A stretch of 64,000 bases of DNA from Candidatus Moanibacter sp. (GCA_965215885.1 CBDCEW010000105.1:128001-192000); one strand, 5' to 3'. Shown: positions 51,852-62,896, counted from the first letter of the stretch. The notes: generated by a model from the sequence alone, not told the origin. Program-made: numbers and translations.

Positions 51852-52556
51852 ATGCCGGAATTTGAAGAAATAGACATTCGCTCCCTATCCGCATCCGCGA
51901 AGAGCGACTCGACCGAAAGCAAACCATCAAAACCGTCTGAAAGATCCTCAACTTTGACACCGGTCCCTATGGCGCCACACCGGGGTCAGGCGATCGAGTA
52001 TTCACCTCGCCGCTCGCGTTCCAGTAAGCCGGCCAGGGATTCGACAGGAGGTTCCAGTGCACGATCCGGCCGAGGGCAACGAACTTCCCGGTCCACCGGT
52101 CGAAGAGGCATAAATAGTGCCTATACGAAACGTTCCCTCCCGGCCAGTGTCGCAAACTTACCCAAACATTCACGGGGATTGAGCCTATTCGGCAGGATAA
52201 AGGAATTCTTCTCTGCCTTGTTTGAACCTGAGGTAGAAGACAAACCGCCAGATCGGTCCAGGTACGGGTCCAAGAGGCACAGGCGACCTCGCAACAGCAG
52301 AAAACGCCAACCCTGGAAATCCGCTAAAGGCGGCGAAGCGCAGCCACGCAAAAGGCAATCCGGAGGGCAGAGAAGAAACACACCCCAAAAGCGGAAGCGA
52401 GCTCGCAAACATCAGAATTACAAGGAGGGACAATCACCTGGTCCACGAAAAGGATCGGGATCGACAAGGAGTAGCGAGGGGCAATCGTCCCGCGATAAAC
52501 GCCCCAATCGAAGAAGGCGCTATAGGAAGAGTCGGACGGATAATTCGCCGAAATAG
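51852..52556 (+). CDS. Hypothetical Arg/Ser/Lys-rich, probably disordered protein
   Basis: 234-aa ORF ending 8 bp before murA; one amphipathic patch LFGRIKEFFSALF. Confidence 0.6.
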   Translation: MPEFEEIDIRSLSASAKSDSTESKPSKPSERSSTLTPVPMAPHRGQAIEYSPRRSRSSKPARDSTGGSSARSGRGQRTSRSTGRRGINSAYTKRSLPASVANLPKHSRGLSLFGRIKEFFSALFEPEVEDKPPDRSRYGSKRHRRPRNSRKRQPWKSAKGGEAQPRKRQSGGQRRNTPQKRKRARKHQNYKEGQSPGPRKGSGSTRSSEGQSSRDKRPNRRRRYRKSRTDNSPK

Positions 52557-52564
52557 TTTTCCAT

Positions 52565-53863
52565 ATGGATGTCGTTCGGATCAGGGGTGGCATCCCTCTA
52601 AAGGGGGAAATTCAGGTGAGCGGTGCAAAGAACGCCGCTCTTCCTATCTTTGCCGCAAGTCTACTCACTGACGAGTGCTGCGTGATCGAAAACGTGCCTA
52701 ACCTAAGCGACGTTCGCTTCATGGCGGACATTTTAAGATACCTCGGAGCAGAGGTCGATCAAGTCGAGCATGGCACCTGGCGAATCACAGCGCAATCCGT
52801 AAGACACCGTGCCCCTTATGACCTTGTCCGTAAGATGCGAGCTTCGGTCTGTCTCCTCGGTCCGTTGGTTGCACGCCTTAAGAGGGCGGAGGTTTCTCTT
52901 CCCGGTGGCTGCGTGATCGGCCCAAGGCCGATCGACATCCACTTAAAGGGTTTCGCTAAGCTCGGCTGTGAAGTCACGATCGATCAGGGGTACGTAAAGC
53001 TCGACGGAAAAGGATCGAATGGAAGTGACGTCTTTCTCGGCGGCCGCTTCGGTAGCACCGCTTTGGGAACGGCCAATATTCTCATGGCATCCACTTTGAC
53101 GCCGGGAACTACAACCATTGAAAGTGCGGCATGCGAACCGGAGGTAGTCGATCTGTGCGCTATGCTCAAGAAAATGGGCGCCCGGATCGAAGGAATCGGC
53201 AGCCACCACTTAAGTATCGAGGGTGTTGATAAGTTGCAAGGGTGCACACATCGTATCATTTCCGATCGCATTGAAGCCGGCACTCTTATCGTTGCAGGAG
53301 CGATTACGGGGGGAGATCTGCGTATCAGGGGAGTTTACCCCGAACACCTCTCCGCCCTCTTCGACAAACTGGAGGAAGCGGATGTGGGAATATCAATGGA
53401 ATCTGCTGACTGCGTGAGAACCTACAAAAAGGGTGGAAGGTGTGCCGTTGACGTCGTGACCCTGCCACACCCGGGGTTCCCTACTGACTTGCAAGCGCAA
53501 ATGTGCGCCCTCATGAGCGTCACACCCGGTCTAAGCATCATCACAGAGCGTATCTATCCCAATCGATTTATGCACGTCTCCGAACTACAACGTATGGGCG
53601 CCGACATATCCATTGAGGGTCCAAGCGCAATCGTAAACGGAAGAAGTGGAATATCAGGTGCCCCAGTCATGGCTTCGGATTTAAGGGCGAGCGCTGCGTT
53701 GATCCTGGCGGGGCTTGCCGCTGAAGGCGAAACCTGGGTGCAGAGAGTATACCATCTCGATCGCGGCTACGATAACATCGATGCCAAGCTTCGTGCGGTC
53801 GGCGCCGAAATTGATCGCATGTCAGACGACAAGATGCCAAAGGATCTACAGAGCGCATTCTGA
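52565..53863 (+). CDS. murA: UDP-N-acetylglucosamine 1-carboxyvinyltransferase
   Basis: GAKNAALP, PGGCVIGPRP and PGFPTDLQ motifs. Confidence 0.97.
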   Translation: MDVVRIRGGIPLKGEIQVSGAKNAALPIFAASLLTDECCVIENVPNLSDVRFMADILRYLGAEVDQVEHGTWRITAQSVRHRAPYDLVRKMRASVCLLGPLVARLKRAEVSLPGGCVIGPRPIDIHLKGFAKLGCEVTIDQGYVKLDGKGSNGSDVFLGGRFGSTALGTANILMASTLTPGTTTIESAACEPEVVDLCAMLKKMGARIEGIGSHHLSIEGVDKLQGCTHRIISDRIEAGTLIVAGAITGGDLRIRGVYPEHLSALFDKLEEADVGISMESADCVRTYKKGGRCAVDVVTLPHPGFPTDLQAQMCALMSVTPGLSIITERIYPNRFMHVSELQRMGADISIEGPSAIVNGRSGISGAPVMASDLRASAALILAGLAAEGETWVQRVYHLDRGYDNIDAKLRAVGAEIDRMSDDKMPKDLQSAF

Positions 53864-54897
53864 TGGACCCTCCCGCGAAAGGAACCGACTACCTCACTAC
53901 TGCACTTCGTCGCGACGAGCAACAGGAGGCCGCACTACGTCCTCTCTCCTTTCTCGAATTCACCGGTCAGGCAAAGACCATCGAAAAGCTCAAAATAATT
54001 GTGGGCGCGGCTCGAGCTCGCGGTGACGCCCTTAATCATATACTCCTGAGTGGTCCTCCCGGACTGGGGAAAACCACCCTCGCTTATATTTTGGGAAGCG
54101 AGATGGAAACCGAAGTAAGGCCTACCTCCGGTCCGATTATCGAAAAACCAGGAGATCTCGCCGGAATGCTCACGAACCTGGAGGAAGGCGGTATTCTCTT
54201 CATTGATGAAATCCACCGAATTCCCAAGACAGTAGAGGAGTATCTCTATTCCGCTATGGAAGACTATCGTATCGACATAATGCTCGATCAGGGACCCAAC
54301 GCTCGTAGCGTGAGATTGAACATACCACGCTTCACCCTCATAGGGGCGACCACCAGGATGGGATTATTAACCGCCCCGCTGCGAAGCCGATTTGTTCTCC
54401 AGACTCGCCTGGATTATTACCACCGTGAAGAGCTCCTCTCAATCGTCCATAGGAGCTGTCGCTTGCTTGAAGTACCTATCGACGAGGCGGGCGCAGCCGA
54501 AATAGCAGGGCGCTCACGGGGCACTCCGAGGATTGCTAATAACCTGATCTATTTTGTTCGCGATTTCGCTCAACAACGGGCGGACGGCAAAATTACCAGA
54601 CCAGTAGCCGAAAATGGCCTTGAACTTCTCGAGATTGATAGGCGCGGCCTGGATGAAATGGACAAGCGCATCCTTCGTGTGATGGCGCGGAACTACGACG
54701 GCGGTCCAGTCGGCCTCGGTACTATCGCCGTTGCGGTGGGTGAAGAAGAACACACTCTTGAGGAAGTTCACGAACCCTACCTGATTCAGGAAGGCTTTCT
54801 GAAAAGAACCCCTCAGGGCCGTGTTTTGACACCAAAGGGATTTCAAGCAGTGGGCCTGAAGAGTAAACAGGAAGACGGACAGCTGGGACTATTTTAG
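53863..54897 (+). CDS. ruvB: Holliday junction branch migration helicase RuvB
   Basis: GPPGLGKTT, FIDEIHR, GATTR and RGTPR motifs. Confidence 0.97.
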   Translation: MDPPAKGTDYLTTALRRDEQQEAALRPLSFLEFTGQAKTIEKLKIIVGAARARGDALNHILLSGPPGLGKTTLAYILGSEMETEVRPTSGPIIEKPGDLAGMLTNLEEGGILFIDEIHRIPKTVEEYLYSAMEDYRIDIMLDQGPNARSVRLNIPRFTLIGATTRMGLLTAPLRSRFVLQTRLDYYHREELLSIVHRSCRLLEVPIDEAGAAEIAGRSRGTPRIANNLIYFVRDFAQQRADGKITRPVAENGLELLEIDRRGLDEMDKRILRVMARNYDGGPVGLGTIAVAVGEEEHTLEEVHEPYLIQEGFLKRTPQGRVLTPKGFQAVGLKSKQEDGQLGLF

Positions 54898-54948
54898 TCC
54901 GGAGCGCAGATTGAACCCTATTAGCCGATCCGGCTTTCCCTCTTCCAT

Positions 54949-55046
54949 TGTCATTGCGAGGTCTGCCGTCTGGCAGACCGAGGCAATCCAGCGCCCCCGA
55001 CACATCGGATTCCTGGATTGCTTCGTCATTCTTTCTCGCAATGACA
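54949..55046. repeat. GTCATTGCGAG-type REP-like palindrome
   Basis: tgtcattgcgag…gcaatccag…ctggattgc…ctcgcaatgaca. Confidence 0.8.
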
Positions 55047-55126
55047 CGGGGTGTGCGCTTAGCGGGAGGGAGATTCCAGGTCCGTTAAACCGCTCTAAGG
55101 GCCCGACGGACTTCACCGCCAGGCTC

Positions 55127-55317
55127 CTAGCCCGGACATTTCACACACATCGTAGCGAGAATGCGTAGCTTGCTGCGAATCAAGGCCTTTTCGCAGTCCG
55201 GCGGGTGATCCCGGCCTGCCGGGATTGAAACCCTCTGAGGTCGCCGGGCAAAGGAAGGCTTTGAGGCGCAGTGAGATCCGCAGTCGCAGCAGATGGTTTG
55301 TGAAATATTCGGGCTAG
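55127..55317 (+). mobile_element. MITE family A, copy 3 (191 bp, carries an extra hairpin)
   Basis: Same ends; right CTAG overlaps the folE2 TAG. Confidence 0.85.
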
Positions 55318-56315
55318 CAGACAAGACTGCCGAAATCCTCAACGCTCCCTGTAAAGCCTCCGGCCACTCCCTTGCAGACCACCGCAACTGTGTCATGGGA
55401 GTGAAGGGATTCCAGGTGCGCGCAAGCAATTTGAAAGTCAACCAGACGATTTTCCGAATTCAACTTTTCGTAGAGAAGGCGGGCGGCGTCCTCAACAAAT
55501 TTCACGTTGGCTGCGTTGAGTTCGGCAAAGGCCTGTTCGTCCTCACGTTTAACCATCACCTGTGTTTCGGTTCTAAGCGCCTCCACACAAATACCATGCA
55601 AATCTTCGATGGAAAAGAAGGCGCCCGCCCTCACTTCCACGCTAATGCGCGCTTTGCTTCGTTGTGAATGTGGAATAGCGTAAGTGTCGCGCCTCTCCCT
55701 TGCATGTTCAGACAATTCAGAGGAATTCGGACAAACCGAAGAATAGACGAAATCGAAATGAAGCCTTTTGCGGAATCTATCCAAATCGTCGATGATTCCC
55801 TCATAGGAAACATCGTAAAACTGATAGCCCTCTAAATCACTACGCAAACTTTTCTGCAAAAGTGGGCAGGAGAATCGGAGGATCAAATGCGCTCGGCTAC
55901 TTCCCAGGTCCTTTTTCATCCGCAGGAGAATTTCTTCGAGCAGTTCGAGAGTGAAGATGCGCTCTTTGAACTCGTAAAACGTCCGTAATATGCGCGACAT
56001 GTTCACACCCTTCCGATCCGCCCCAAGCGATACTGTGCCCGTAACGGCAATCTCCATTTCTCTCGGCTCATTCGTCGCCATAAGCACTTTGACGGGGAGT
56101 CGAAAATTCGATGCCCCGACCTGCAATATCGGTACATTTGCTCCCTGAATATGGGCGCCTGTTCTGTTCTGCAGATCCGGCAACGAATCGCGATAGGCCG
56201 GAGTGGCCACGAAATCTTCGTCGTAACGGCGATGCAGAATCTGGCCACCCTCTTCCTCCCGGGCGGATAGACTGGGTTCCTTTTCCGTGTTCATCTCAAA
56301 GACAAAATCGCTCAA
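55314..56315 (-). CDS. folE2: GTP cyclohydrolase I, FolE2 type
   Basis: LPDLQN, KGVNMSR, CP.S, HSQRS, VKREDE, FVEDAAR and ESLHSHD motifs. Confidence 0.92.
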   Translation of the reverse strand: MSDFVFEMNTEKEPSLSAREEEGGQILHRRYDEDFVATPAYRDSLPDLQNRTGAHIQGANVPILQVGASNFRLPVKVLMATNEPREMEIAVTGTVSLGADRKGVNMSRILRTFYEFKERIFTLELLEEILLRMKKDLGSSRAHLILRFSCPLLQKSLRSDLEGYQFYDVSYEGIIDDLDRFRKRLHFDFVYSSVCPNSSELSEHARERRDTYAIPHSQRSKARISVEVRAGAFFSIEDLHGICVEALRTETQVMVKREDEQAFAELNAANVKFVEDAARLLYEKLNSENRLVDFQIACAHLESLHSHDTVAVVCKGVAGGFTGSVEDFGSLVC

Positions 56316-56455
56316 GTCAGGCTAATACCCACTTCCAGTAAAGGATCCATTCTGAATCGACTGCAAGCACGGAAATTCACTCAAACTGTCTGCCGGCGGG
56401 AACGTATTATCCCGATGTCCATCCGCTGGCTGCACAAAAGGTGAATTCTCGTCTA

Positions 56456-56505
56456 GCTACTGCAAATCTTTATGATCCGATCGGATCATAAAGATTTGCA
56501 GTAGC
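56456..56505. repeat. Perfect 50-bp palindrome with no spacer
   Basis: gctactgcaaatctttatgatccga|tcggatcataaagatttgcagtagc. Confidence 0.95.
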
Positions 56506-56629
56506 ATAGATTGTCTATGGAAGGCATGCCAATTCATTTCGGTCTAGCCCGGACATTTCACACACTTCGTAGCGAGACGGCGTAGATCGCTGCGTGTCAA
56601 TGCCTTTCCGAAGCACGGCGGGCGACAGT

Positions 56630-58523
56630 CAGGGTAAAAGGATTCCAGGAAGCAACTAGCTGATAAGCAAGAAGATAAAAAAAGAGCTAAACAAACCCGA
56701 GGGAATCAGTCATGTTAAGATGGGATGAAAGACAAAAAATCTTACCAACTGAATCCTTCGATAGATCGTTTAACTCTGCGTCTGGTCCTGCCCGAAGAGC
56801 AGGAGCGATTCAATGATCTATTGAAACAACATCATTATTTACACAGTGCGGGCAGCGCAGGAGAGACCCTGCGCTATGTGGCGCAGATCGACGGGCAATG
56901 GATGGGCCTGCTCTTGTGGGGGGCCGCATCCTACCGGCTGAAGGATCGAGACGAATGGATCGGGTGGGACGGGGCGCAACGGCATGCACGATTGAAACTG
57001 GTAGTACAGAACCGGCGTTTTCTGATTTTGCCCGGGGTGGATCTTGCAAATTTGGCCTCCAAGACGTTGGGTATGTGCCTGAGAGTCTTAGCCGATCACT
57101 GGCAGGAGGCTTTTGGCTATCGTCCCTTAGTAGCGGAAACGTTCGTGGACCCACAGATTCACCGGGGCACTTGCTACGAAGCGAGCGGGTGGACGCCCTT
57201 GGGCTTGAGCGCGGGATATGGCCGCCAACGCGAAGATTTCTATCAACGCCATGAGCGTCCCAAGCAGATCTGGGTCAAACCCCTCAAGGCTAATGCCCTT
57301 GAGCTTTTGCGCGCTTCAGGGCCATTGCCCGCGGCACAGAGCCAGGCGCTCAATGAAACCGATAACTCCCATGCGGTCTGCCTCAAAGTGGAACAGATGA
57401 GCAGCCTGTGGGAACGCTTCAATCAGATAGAAGACTTCCGTCGTAAAGCGGGCCTTAGATATCGGCTCGCCACGGTCCTGAGCATGATTGTGCTCGGCAC
57501 GATGTGCGGCAAACAGACCCTCAAGGGCATCGTGCGCCTGGCCCATCATCTCAATCAAGCCCAATTGCGCGCCTTACGCTCCTGGAAAAACCCCAAAACA
57601 GGCCGCTATAAGGCCCCTTGCTATGATGTCTTCTATCGGGTCTTGCAAAACGTAAAGGCCGAGCTCTTCGATAAAACCCTCACCGAATTCATCTGCTTAC
57701 AAGACGGCTGTTTGCCCCGCGATATTGCCGTCGACGGCAAGACCCTCAAAGGCACAAACACCGAAGAATCAAAGGCTCTGCACCTGGTGGCCGCAGTCGA
57801 TCACCAAAGCGCTCAAACCTTAGCCCAAGTCGCTACCGCCGATAAATCCAACGAGATCACCGCCGCCCAGACTCTCTTGCGAAAGATGCCCATTTTGGAC
57901 GGCTCCACCTTCACCTTCGACGCCATGCATAATCAAAAAGAAACTGCCCACATCGTCGTCGAAGAACTCAGTGCTGACTATGTTATTCAAATTAAAGACA
58001 ATCAGCCCAACATGCATCAATACGCTCAGAATCTCTTCAGCTCCACCCCCTTTTTCTCCACCAAACCGTGGACAATGACCATGGGCGACTCGAAATACGT
58101 CAAATAGCAACCCATTCTCTAAGCGCTCCCTCTGCCGGCCTGCCCCATGCCCGCCAGTTCGCCTGTGTGCAACGCACCTTCCATTATCCAAACAAAGCTG
58201 AACCTTCCTCTGAACGCTCTTACTACGTAAGCAGTCTCGATCCCGCCGATTTGAGCCCTCAACAGTTCCTCTCGAAAATTCGCAACCATTGGTCGATCGA
58301 AAATAAAAATCATTACCCCAGGGATCGCTTCTTCGATGAAGATCGATGTATGATCCGTAATCATAACGCAGCCAGAATTCTTGCTGCATGCAGGCAACTG
58401 GTTCTCAGCCTCAAGTCTTCCATGGGCGCTGAATCCACTCCCGCACTCTGTGATGATTTCGTCTTTAACTTACATAAGGCCATCAATATCATCACCTAAT
58501 GCTCCGAGAATCAAAATACCGTG
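56630..58523 (+). mobile_element. ISAs1-family insertion sequence, copy 2 (1894 bp)
   Basis: Same ends as copy 1; flanked by the 10-bp duplication gggcgacagt / gtgcgacagt. Confidence 0.93.
56725..58499 (+). CDS. DUF4338-fused ISAs1 transposase (orfA 56725..58107 plus -1 frame orfB to 58499)
   Basis: As copy 1, with an intact KSNEI motif; shift site CCCCCTTTTTC at 58046-58056. Confidence 0.85.
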
Positions 58524-58815
58524 GTGCGACAGTGTGTTAAGACCTTCTGAGGTCGCCGGGCAAGGGAAGGCATTGACACGGTGTGAGATCCGTCGTCGTA
58601 GCAGAAGATTTGTGAAATTTTCGGGCTAGCGGAGGTGGTGAGACTCCCGGCGGCAAGAATCTGAAAAAAACAGGAGAATTACTTTGCTGAAGAGAAGGAA
58701 TTGTAATCCTGTAACCCAGAATCGTTCTCATGTTATCCTTGATGTTCTCTGTAGACCGCGTTCCCTCGGAGGGATTTGCAGACTAGGAGCTTGTCAGACT
58801 TTGCCGAACCCCCCG

Positions 58816-59619
58816 ATGGGAATGCAGTTTAGAATCCTGGGCAGCAGCAGTTCCGGAAACAGTGGTCTCCTCGTAACGGAAAACTGTAGGATTCTTATCG
58901 ACGCTGGGTTTTCCTCCCGTCGCATCGCCGCCCTACTCGAGGAGTGTGGAGAAAAGCTGGAAAACATCGACGCTGTTTTTCTCACCCATGAGCACAATGA
59001 CCACTCCGCCGGTCTCACGGGGATTTCGCGTTTGCCAAACATTGAGACCTTCGCGAACTATTCAACAGCCCAGGCCGTCCAAAGTAGCTTAAAGAGACGA
59101 GCCAATTGGCAGATTTTCGAAACCGGACAAACCTTCAATTTTCGCGACCTTGAGATCACATCCTTTTCCATACCCCACGACGCATACGATCCGGTAGGAT
59201 TCGTTTTCAGTCAGGGTGGAGGCGATCTCTTCAACCCCCGGCGCTCCATCGCGTGGTGTATCGACCTCGGCCATATCCCTCGCCTCGTGCGCGAACGAGC
59301 CAGGAGAGCGGATCTGCTGGTCCTCGAGGCCAACTATGAGACGAGGCTACTCGATGAAGATCCACGCCGGCCCTGGTCCGTGAAACAACGTATCAAAAGT
59401 CGGCACGGTCACCTCTCCAACGAAACCGTTAGAGACTTCATCTACGGTGAAGAAAGGCCGAACTGGAAGAAGGTGTATCTCGCGCATCTGAGCCGGGATT
59501 GCAACGACATCTCAATCCTCGCGGATATGTTCTGCGGAAAAGAGAATTCCGACGAGAGAGGATATGCCGTCAGCATCGTGGATCCCAATTCGGGCGCTTC
59601 CCCACCCTATAACCTTTAG
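58816..59619 (+). CDS. MBL-fold metallo-hydrolase (YycJ/WalJ-like)
   Basis: LGSSSSGN, THEHNDH, PHDAYDP, GHLSN and HLSRDCN motifs. Confidence 0.88.
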   Translation: MGMQFRILGSSSSGNSGLLVTENCRILIDAGFSSRRIAALLEECGEKLENIDAVFLTHEHNDHSAGLTGISRLPNIETFANYSTAQAVQSSLKRRANWQIFETGQTFNFRDLEITSFSIPHDAYDPVGFVFSQGGGDLFNPRRSIAWCIDLGHIPRLVRERARRADLLVLEANYETRLLDEDPRRPWSVKQRIKSRHGHLSNETVRDFIYGEERPNWKKVYLAHLSRDCNDISILADMFCGKENSDERGYAVSIVDPNSGASPPYNL

Positions 59620-59628
59620 AAATCTGTC

Positions 59629-60255
59629 TCACTCTGAAGCTGCAATTTCTTTGCCTATATATGCCTCAGCTCGTGTCCAACTGGCGAGATTATCCACGTC
59701 CTCCAGCGACTCGAGGATTTGGACAGTCAAGCCGGCCTCTTTGATTCTCTCCAGGGTAACTCGGAACGCCCCATCCGTGCTCCAGGGAATATCCTCAAAT
59801 AGGCAAGGGTGCATGGTCTGCATTCCAAGCAGGTAGTATCCTCCGTCTGTGGCTGGCCCAATGACCGCGTCACTCGTGCGCATCGCCACAGAGGCTTTCC
59901 CGACCACACTACATGTCACATAGGGGCAATCACCTCCGAGCAGTATTACGGTCTCGGCACTTCGCTCAAAGGAGGAGCGGACAGCCTCCTCCATTCGAGC
60001 ACCGAGATCTCCTTCCCTCTGCGGGAAGAACTGGTGGTCTTCACCCAGCCAGGAACACATAAGATCCAAGGCATCCGAAGGTGCGTAATGGACTTCATAA
60101 GGATAGTGAGGAGCGAGTTGATCGAAGAGATACTCCGCCATTTTCTGATAGGCGATAAGGGCCCGAACCTCCCCGATTTCTTCGGCCAGGCGGGTTTTTA
60201 CACTCCCCACAATGGGCGCTTTAAGTATAAAAAGAAGCGTTGGATTCAGCGCCAT
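59629..60255 (-). CDS. DUF2064/TIGR04282-type glycosyltransferase
   Basis: VKTRLA, Q.EGDLGARM, GPATDGGYYL and DVD motifs. Confidence 0.88.
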   Translation of the reverse strand: MALNPTLLFILKAPIVGSVKTRLAEEIGEVRALIAYQKMAEYLFDQLAPHYPYEVHYAPSDALDLMCSWLGEDHQFFPQREGDLGARMEEAVRSSFERSAETVILLGGDCPYVTCSVVGKASVAMRTSDAVIGPATDGGYYLLGMQTMHPCLFEDIPWSTDGAFRVTLERIKEAGLTVQILESLEDVDNLASWTRAEAYIGKEIAASE

Positions 60256-60298
60256 TCTAATGTTCCACAATTCCAATAAGAGACAGCGGATCGAGACT

Positions 60299-61462
60299 CT
60301 AATTCACTTTCAAAAGCGCGCCTTTCAAATACTCACTCTCAGGAAGGTTCAGCAGAACGGGGTGATCCGCGGGCTGGCCCATTCGTCTTAAGAGCGTAAC
60401 CTCGACATTCGCATCGGCGGCTGCCTCATTGAGCATTCCCATAAAGACCGGCCGGGTAACATGCCTCGAGCATGAGTATGTCGCCAGTATCCCTCCCTTC
60501 GTCAGCATAGCCATGGCTCTAAGATTCAGTTCCTTGTAACCACGCAAAGCGCCCCTAACGGACGACCGGTTCCTGGCGAATGAGGGGGGATCAAGAACGA
60601 TAAGATCAAACGTCAAGCCACGGTTGGAGGTGAAGAAGTCAAACAGATTTTCGCTCCGAAAGACAATCTCCAATCCGTTCTTCTCGGCGTTCTGTCCTGC
60701 CACTGTTATGGCGCTTTCCGAAATATCGATGCCGACTGTCGAGGCCGCCCCGGCAGCTGCACAATGAAGAGCAAACGCTCCCTGGTTACAGAACCCATCG
60801 AGCACCCGACGACCCTTCGCGAAAGACGCCACGCTCAGATGCTGCCTGCGCTGATCCATATAGAAACCCGTCTTATTCCCCTTCTCGAGATCGAGAAAGT
60901 ATTCCATCCCTTCGATCTTAAACCAACGGGGCTGAAATGAATTGGAGCTTAGAGTGCGAACTTCCCGTTCTAGACCTTCATACTTGCGCGCGGGAGCATC
61001 GTTTCGAAAAATAACCTCCTCGGGAGCAAGTTGCTCCTCCAGCACCTCGGCAATTTCCGATTGGCGCATGTCAACCGCCTTTGTCAGGAACTGAACCACT
61101 AAATTACGATCGTACTGATCGATGACCAGGCCCGGAAGGTGATCGGCTTCCGACCAAACAATCCTCCGGAAGGGTTCCTCTTTCCGTTTGCCAATGGCCT
61201 GTTCAATCGCGTCCTTCAAGAAGCTCTTATCAAAGGGCTTATCGGGCGTTTTGCTGAATCGCCGCCAGACAATCTGCGAGGTGCGGTTATAGATTCCCGA
61301 TCCCAAGGCCCGACCGCGAAAATCCTTCAGCGTCACGCCGAGACCGTCAAATTCCGAAGGGAACAGCTCACACACTTCGTTGGCAAAGACCCAGGGATGT
61401 CCTTGCAGCACCCGCGGTCTAGAGCCGGGTTTAAGCCGCAGATATGCGGATTTCGAGGCCAT
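60299..61462 (-). CDS. RlmI-like class I SAM-dependent rRNA methyltransferase
   Basis: GHPWVF PUA domain, KTGFYMDQR, LDPPSF and DHP motifs. Confidence 0.88.
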   Translation of the reverse strand: MASKSAYLRLKPGSRPRVLQGHPWVFANEVCELFPSEFDGLGVTLKDFRGRALGSGIYNRTSQIVWRRFSKTPDKPFDKSFLKDAIEQAIGKRKEEPFRRIVWSEADHLPGLVIDQYDRNLVVQFLTKAVDMRQSEIAEVLEEQLAPEEVIFRNDAPARKYEGLEREVRTLSSNSFQPRWFKIEGMEYFLDLEKGNKTGFYMDQRRQHLSVASFAKGRRVLDGFCNQGAFALHCAAAGAASTVGIDISESAITVAGQNAEKNGLEIVFRSENLFDFFTSNRGLTFDLIVLDPPSFARNRSSVRGALRGYKELNLRAMAMLTKGGILATYSCSRHVTRPVFMGMLNEAAADANVEVTLLRRMGQPADHPVLLNLPESEYLKGALLKVN

Positions 61463-61512
61463 GATTCTCTGGAATCCTGCAATTTTGGAATGTTGGGAAA
61501 GCAAAAATCACA

Positions 61513-62625
61513 TCACAACGCGCGGCGATGGAGCCATAGCGAAACGATCAACATGATGACGTTGGGAGCCCACGCCGCCACAGACGGCACAATCAGGCCA
61601 CGTTCTCCGAGCAATGTAGCGAGATTGTCCACCAGATAATAAGCAAAGAACAAACCGATCGATTTAGACACTCCGACCATAGGATTTACACGTACTCCAG
61701 CAACCGCAAACGGGACTGCTAACCCTACTACGATTAATGCACTAACGGGATTGGCGAGAATGCGATTGTAGCGAACCTCATATCCCGGAATGCGGGGATC
61801 TCCACCCCCGGATAACTTCTCGAGGATGCGGGTCAATTCATTCAGAGACAGATCTTTCGGACGCTTTTCCAGGGATTTCATTAGAGAAGGATCCTCCTTA
61901 AACTGGGACAAGACCATTTCGTCATACGGCAGAGAACGGATCGGTTCATTTGTCTCTACATCGAAGGTAATCTCGCGGCCATGGAGAAAGACCCAATTCT
62001 GATCGAGATCATCATAATACCCTTCGTTGGCCACAAATCGATTCGTCTCATGATTCCCGGCGTCCATCAGCGACACCGTTATACCGTAACCGCGGTAGGT
62101 GTACTCACTGAATCGGTTCATAAACCATAGTCGCCTCTCCTTGTGGTTGAAGAACGTAAGAGTAAAGATCAGTCCTACATCTTTGGACGAACTTTCGGAC
62201 AATTCGTGGGAGTATCTGAACTCTTCAGAGATCCTCCGTGCCTGTTCCACCGACCATGGCACCAAATGGGCGTTAAGGTAAAACAGCCCCACAGCAGTAA
62301 AGAGTCCCGCAAGCCATAAGGTACGGGAAATTCGCAAAAGGCTCAAACCACTGGCATGCATTGCCATTATCTCGTTGTTCCGATGCAAGGTTCCCAGACT
62401 AAAGAGAATCGATATCATAAGAGACAGGGGAAGTACCGTGGGTAGAAAGCTAGGTATGAGCACCCCATAATACTTCACTAAGTCTTTCAACCCGGCACCA
62501 TATCCAAGATGATCCCCCAAATCGTCATTCATGTCCTCCAATAGGAGCAGGGCCAAAGTCACACCCAAAGCGAGAGAAAAAACCTTCAGCCACTCCATGA
62601 AAATATGGCGGTCGATCGTGCTCAT
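61513..62625 (-). CDS. LptF/LptG family permease
   Basis: IDRHIF, NNEIMAMHASGLS and AAWAPN motifs. Confidence 0.88.
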   Translation of the reverse strand: MSTIDRHIFMEWLKVFSLALGVTLALLLLEDMNDDLGDHLGYGAGLKDLVKYYGVLIPSFLPTVLPLSLMISILFSLGTLHRNNEIMAMHASGLSLLRISRTLWLAGLFTAVGLFYLNAHLVPWSVEQARRISEEFRYSHELSESSSKDVGLIFTLTFFNHKERRLWFMNRFSEYTYRGYGITVSLMDAGNHETNRFVANEGYYDDLDQNWVFLHGREITFDVETNEPIRSLPYDEMVLSQFKEDPSLMKSLEKRPKDLSLNELTRILEKLSGGGDPRIPGYEVRYNRILANPVSALIVVGLAVPFAVAGVRVNPMVGVSKSIGLFFAYYLVDNLATLLGERGLIVPSVAAWAPNVIMLIVSLWLHRRAL

Positions 62626-62762
62626 TGAACAGGAAATCCCACAAGATTTCCGGTTCAACAGCAATACCGCAACTGAATAGTTTGCTAGTTTACCATTTAT
62701 GAAAATGAGACCTCAAATTCTGGACCCTCCTCTGGCAGACTTTAGGGTCGTACGCGTTTACT

Positions 62763-62892
62763 GATTCTGCTGAAAACCCCGCGTTCTTGCGAAAGCGGCT
62801 ACGGAGCTTCGTAAGTCGATGATATATGTAGCCGCCCTGCCGTACGGCAGGGAGGTCACAGATGCCGAAACGAAAACTTTTTCAGCGGAATC
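62763..62892 (+). mobile_element. MITE family C, copy 2
   Basis: GATTCTGCTGAAAA…TTTTTCAGCGGAATC; shares gtaagtcg.tgatat and ccctgcc.tacggcaggg with 51568..51709. Confidence 0.75.
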
Positions 62893-62896
62893 TTTA

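Larger units (their letters stand above)
56544..58629 (+). mobile_element. MITE family A, copy 4, interrupted by the ISAs1 element
   Basis: Left part 56544-56629 and right part 58524-58629; 2086 - 1894 - 10 = 182 bp. Confidence 0.88.

Noticed and set aside
58684..58815. N-terminal extension of the YycJ-like ORF
   Set aside because: Family homology begins at MGMQFRILGSS (58816)
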